Source: an uncultured SAR86 cluster bacterium
GTDB lineage: Bacteria; Pseudomonadota; Gammaproteobacteria; Magnimaribacterales; TMED112
Length of the DNA stretch: 64,000 bases
Reading direction: 5' to 3'
NCBI GenBank assembly: GCA_902585315.1
Contig: CACIDC010000001.1
Location: 102,520 to 166,519, forward strand
Positions 60,933 to 64,000 of the stretch are shown in pieces (within the stretch, counting starts at the first letter, position 1; every line of letters starts with the position of its first letter). The notes under the pieces are model-generated. The model ran no database searches, was not told where the DNA came from, and saw only the letters and a list, made by a program, of their open reading frames with translations. A program made the position numbers and the translations under genes.

Positions 60933-61925
60933 ATGGCATCTGAGAGTTCAGGACGTACATTTCAAGAATATTTAGAACACCATTTACAAAATTTGGTGTA
61001 TGGACCATTGCCTGCAGGACATGAGAGAAAGTTCTACACAAAAGGCGACGACGAAACAACAAAAGAAGCCTACTGCCAAAGCAAAAACTTAGACTACGAT
61101 GGTGAAAAATACTGCAAAGAAACGCTTACCGAAGATGGTTGGTATTTAGCCAACAACAAAACAGACGTGGATGCGATGGGCTTTTGGGCTCTGCATATAG
61201 ATACCATGTTTTTCTCTGTATTGTTGGGTGGATTGTTTTTGTTTATATTTGCAGGAGCAGCCCAAAACTTCTCGCTAGACAAACCAACAAAACTACAATT
61301 GTTTATAGAAATGATGATCGACTTTATTAACGGTGTGGTTAAAGGCACATTTAAGGCTGCGCAAAATTCTTTAATAGCACCAATGGCTCTAACAATATTC
61401 TTTTGGGTTCTTTTGATGAATGTGATGGATTTGGTGCCTGTGGACCTAATTCCATATCCAGCAGAACTTCTTGGGGTCCCATATTTGAAAGTGGTTCCAA
61501 CAACAGACCTGAATCTAACCGCTGCATTAGCGCTATCTGTTTTTGTTTTATATTTGTTTTACAGCATTAAGTCCAAAGGCTTTGTGGGCTTTATAAAATC
61601 AATATCCTTGCACCCTTTTGGGCCATGGATGTTGCCTGCAAACCTTTTTATAGAAATTATTGACCTTATTGCTAAACCACTATCTCTGGCACTTAGATTG
61701 TATGGGAATTTATATGCAGGAGAGATGATATTTTTATTAATTGCTGGAATGGTATCAATCAACCTAACTTCATTTATGGGGTTGGGTTTAAACCTGGCAG
61801 GAATTACACTAAGTTTAATTTGGGCAATATTTCATATTTTAATAGTGGTGCTGCAAGCATTTATTTTTATGATGCTTACGGTGGTTTATATGAATATGGC
61901 ACACGAAAAATTTGAACAACATTAA
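60933..61925 (+). CDS. atpB: F0F1 ATP synthase subunit a, with an extended N-terminal region
   Basis: 330 aa. HHLQNL N-terminus. LSLALRLYGNLYAGE and IFHILIVVLQAFIFMMLT motifs. Confidence 0.9.
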   Translation: MASESSGRTFQEYLEHHLQNLVYGPLPAGHERKFYTKGDDETTKEAYCQSKNLDYDGEKYCKETLTEDGWYLANNKTDVDAMGFWALHIDTMFFSVLLGGLFLFIFAGAAQNFSLDKPTKLQLFIEMMIDFINGVVKGTFKAAQNSLIAPMALTIFFWVLLMNVMDLVPVDLIPYPAELLGVPYLKVVPTTDLNLTAALALSVFVLYLFYSIKSKGFVGFIKSISLHPFGPWMLPANLFIEIIDLIAKPLSLALRLYGNLYAGEMIFLLIAGMVSINLTSFMGLGLNLAGITLSLIWAIFHILIVVLQAFIFMMLTVVYMNMAHEKFEQH

Positions 61926-61938
61926 GGAGGTTGTGATT

Positions 61939-62169
61939 ATGGAAGTAGAAGCTGCAAGATTTATCGGAGCAGGATTAATGTTTGGTTTGGCTGCAATCGG
62001 AGCTGGAGTTGGTGCGGGTGTATTAAGCTCAAAGCTAATCGAGTCAATTGCTAGACAACCAGAACTAGAGGATCAACTAAGACCTACATACTTTTTAGGT
62101 ATTGGTCTTGTCGACGCTGTACCAATGATTTCAGTTGGTTTGGCTTTTTATGTATTGTTTGTTGCTTAA
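61939..62169 (+). CDS. atpE: F0F1 ATP synthase subunit c
   Basis: Start chosen at ATG 61939, 8 nt after AGGAGG. GAGVGAG helix 1. LGIGLVDAVPM helix 2 carries the carboxylate. Confidence 0.9.
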   Translation: MEVEAARFIGAGLMFGLAAIGAGVGAGVLSSKLIESIARQPELEDQLRPTYFLGIGLVDAVPMISVGLAFYVLFVA

Positions 62170-62172
62170 AAA

Positions 62173-62649
62173 ATGAATTTAAACGCAACACTACTTGGTC
62201 AGATGATAGCTTTTGGGCTATTCGTTTGGTTTTGTTGGAAATTTGTTTGGCCACCATTGTTGGCCGCAATGGAAGAGCGCGCTGAAAAGATAGAACAGGG
62301 CCTTAAAGATTCCGAAGAAAGCGCAAAAAAAATTCTTGATGCCGAAGAGCAGAGCAAAAAAATGCTGGCTGAGGCAAAAAAAGAAGCGAAAAAGATCATG
62401 GATAACGCTAAAAATCAATCTGAAAAAATTGTGGAAGAATCAAAAAATAAAGCCACTGAAGAAAAAAACAGGATTGTAGGCTCAGCTCAATCTGAAATAG
62501 AAAAAGAGGTCGTTAACGCGAAGAAAACTCTGGAAAAAGATTTTGCAGCGAGTGTTATGTCAGCAGTTAAAAAGATAGTTGCCAAAGAGGTTTCTATAAG
62601 CAACTACCAAGACACAGTAGACAAAAGCTTAGACGATTTTAGAAAATGA
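62173..62649 (+). CDS. atpF: F0F1 ATP synthase subunit b
   Basis: 158 aa. One N-terminal TM segment followed by a long charged helix. Operon position. Confidence 0.85.
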   Translation: MNLNATLLGQMIAFGLFVWFCWKFVWPPLLAAMEERAEKIEQGLKDSEESAKKILDAEEQSKKMLAEAKKEAKKIMDNAKNQSEKIVEESKNKATEEKNRIVGSAQSEIEKEVVNAKKTLEKDFAASVMSAVKKIVAKEVSISNYQDTVDKSLDDFRK

Positions 62650-63164
62650 ACAGATTGTTAGAAGTGTACTCAAGAGGTTTGTATGATTCTTTGAACAAGG
62701 AGAACATGGCGGGTGTGGTTGAGTATTTCCAAAACATATCTAATGACACTTCTGTGCATGAGTTGGCTGATTTGTTTAAAAATAAAACAGTACAAAAAGA
62801 TGAGAAGCTAAAAGCAGCAATGGAGCTTGTTGGTGGAGATGAAAACCTAGAAGCTTTTATGAAAACACTTGGAAATAATGGGCGCCTAGACTTGTTACCA
62901 AATATTTTTAGTTTTTTTGTTGATTATGCCTCAAGAAGACAAAACAATGTGCCCGTAAAAGTAACAGTAAACAAAGAACCAAATGAAGAAATTAAAAACA
63001 AGGTGTCTTTATTTGTTTCGCAAAAAATGGGACACAACACCCCAATTAAATATGAAATAAATAAAACAATGCTTGGTGGTGTTGTCTTGAAGTATAAAGA
63101 CAACGAAATAGACCTGAGTGTTGACAACAAATTAGATGGATTAAATTCGGTTTTAACAAATTAA
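62646..63164 (+). CDS. atpH: F0F1 ATP synthase subunit delta
   Basis: 172 aa. Operon position between atpF and atpA. C-terminal [16 protein letters not shown] motif. Confidence 0.8.
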   Translation: MNRLLEVYSRGLYDSLNKENMAGVVEYFQNISNDTSVHELADLFKNKTVQKDEKLKAAMELVGGDENLEAFMKTLGNNGRLDLLPNIFSFFVDYASRRQNNVPVKVTVNKEPNEEIKNKVSLFVSQKMGHNTPIKYEINKTMLGGVVLKYKDNEIDLSVDNKLDGLNSVLTN

Positions 63165-63174
63165 AGGAGAAAAG

Positions 63175-64000
63175 ATGACAACTAAAATTAACCCTTCAGA
63201 AATATCAAGCATCATCAAAAAGAAGATAGATGGGTATAAAGGAGCAGCAACAGAAGCAAATGTAGGAGAGGTTCTAACGACAGCTGATGGTATCGTCCAG
63301 ATCTTTGGTTTAGAAGATGCCATGTATGGTGAATTGTTAGATTTTGGGGAAGGCACTTATGGTTTGGCGCTTAACTTAGAAAACGATTCAGTTGGAGCTG
63401 TTGTGCTTGGAGATTCAGGACACATCAAAGAAGGTCAAAAAGTTAAAACCACTGGAAGGGTTTTAGATGTCCCAGTTGGAGAAGGTCTTAAAGGACGAGT
63501 TATTGATGCCTTAGGCAGACCAATTGATGGTAAGGGTGAAGTAAAATCAGAACACAACTCCCCTATCGAGGTTGTGGCGCCTGGTGTTATTGATAGAAAG
63601 TCAGTAGACCAACCAGTTCAAACAGGAATTAAATCTATTGATGTTATGGTGCCAATCGGAAGGGGACAAAGAGAGTTAATAATTGGAGACAGGCAAACAG
63701 GGAAAACAGCTATTGCTATTGATACCATTATCAGACAAAAAGACTCAGGCATTACCTCAGTCTATGTTGCTGTTGGGCAAAAACAATCGACAGTTGCAAC
63801 TGTAGTTAGACAGCTTGAAGAGGCAGACGCACTAAAGAACACAATAGTCGTTTCAGCTAGTGCGGCAGAAAGTGCAGCATTACAGTTTTTGGCACCCTAC
63901 TCAGGATGCACCATGGGTGAGTATTTCAGAGACAAAGGAGAAGATGCATTAATTATTTATGATGACCTGTCAAAACACGCCGTTGCTTATCGACAAATAT
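63175..64000 (+). CDS. atpA: F0F1 ATP synthase subunit alpha (5' partial, runs off the window)
   Basis: Read by hand: [21 protein letters not shown]...[25 protein letters not shown] (Walker A). Preceded by AGGAG. Confidence 0.93.
   Translation, partial: MTTKINPSEISSIIKKKIDGYKGAATEANVGEVLTTADGIVQIFGLEDAMYGELLDFGEGTYGLALNLENDSVGAVVLGDSGHIKEGQKVKTTGRVLDVPVGEGLKGRVIDALGRPIDGKGEVKSEHNSPIEVVAPGVIDRKSVDQPVQTGIKSIDVMVPIGRGQRELIIGDRQTGKTAIAIDTIIRQKDSGITSVYVAVGQKQSTVATVVRQLEEADALKNTIVVSASAAESAALQFLAPYSGCTMGEYFRDKGEDALIIYDDLSKHAVAYRQI

Overview
AT-rich, very gene-dense chromosomal segment. Most intergenic gaps are under 100 bp and dozens of neighbouring genes overlap by 1-35 nt. Gene content and order are those of a gammaproteobacterium with a streamlined genome. 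A marine SAR86-like lineage is only a guess and cannot be verified from the sequence. The window is origin-proximal: gyrB-recF-dnaN-dnaA on the minus strand diverge at about 53.4 kb from rpmH-rnpA-yidC-mnmE-mnmG-rsmG-parA-parB-atpBEFHA on the plus strand. This is the Pseudomonas-type arrangement. The rest is core housekeeping:
- rpiA and a glutathione peroxidase
- miaB-ybeZ-ybeY-corC-lnt
- phoD and orn
- ubiE-ubiB-tatABC
- acs
- tkt-pgk-fba (class I aldolase)
- dapF-xerC-HAD
- cytochrome c5, dsbA, engB and polA
- dsbB-pckA-gshA-qor
- a complete aa3 cytochrome c oxidase and assembly cluster (coxB, coxA, ctaG, coxC, DUF2909, SURF1, ctaA, ctaB, SCO)
- yheV-aroE-hemF-tsaC-purE
- def-fmt-trkA-trkH
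- lpxL and glyQS

Five small genes missing from the supplied ORF track were read by hand: tatA, an arfA-like ORF, a ubiK-like ORF, rpmH, and the open-ended 5' part of atpA. I found no rRNA, tRNA, CRISPR, transposase, prophage or defence-type cluster, and no convincing novel multi-gene system.

The points most worth a second look are local:
- The canonical oriC slot is only 80 bp.
- GyrB lacks the proteobacterial insert.
- GlyRS is the dimeric type.
- The arfA-like ORF is unannotated.
- Three tandem 11-bp repeats sit in front of the only orphan gene.
- A GC-rich double hairpin and a micro-ORF lie upstream of the peroxidase gene.
- AtpB carries an N-terminal insertion and atpI is absent.
- Base composition may step up around the origin block.
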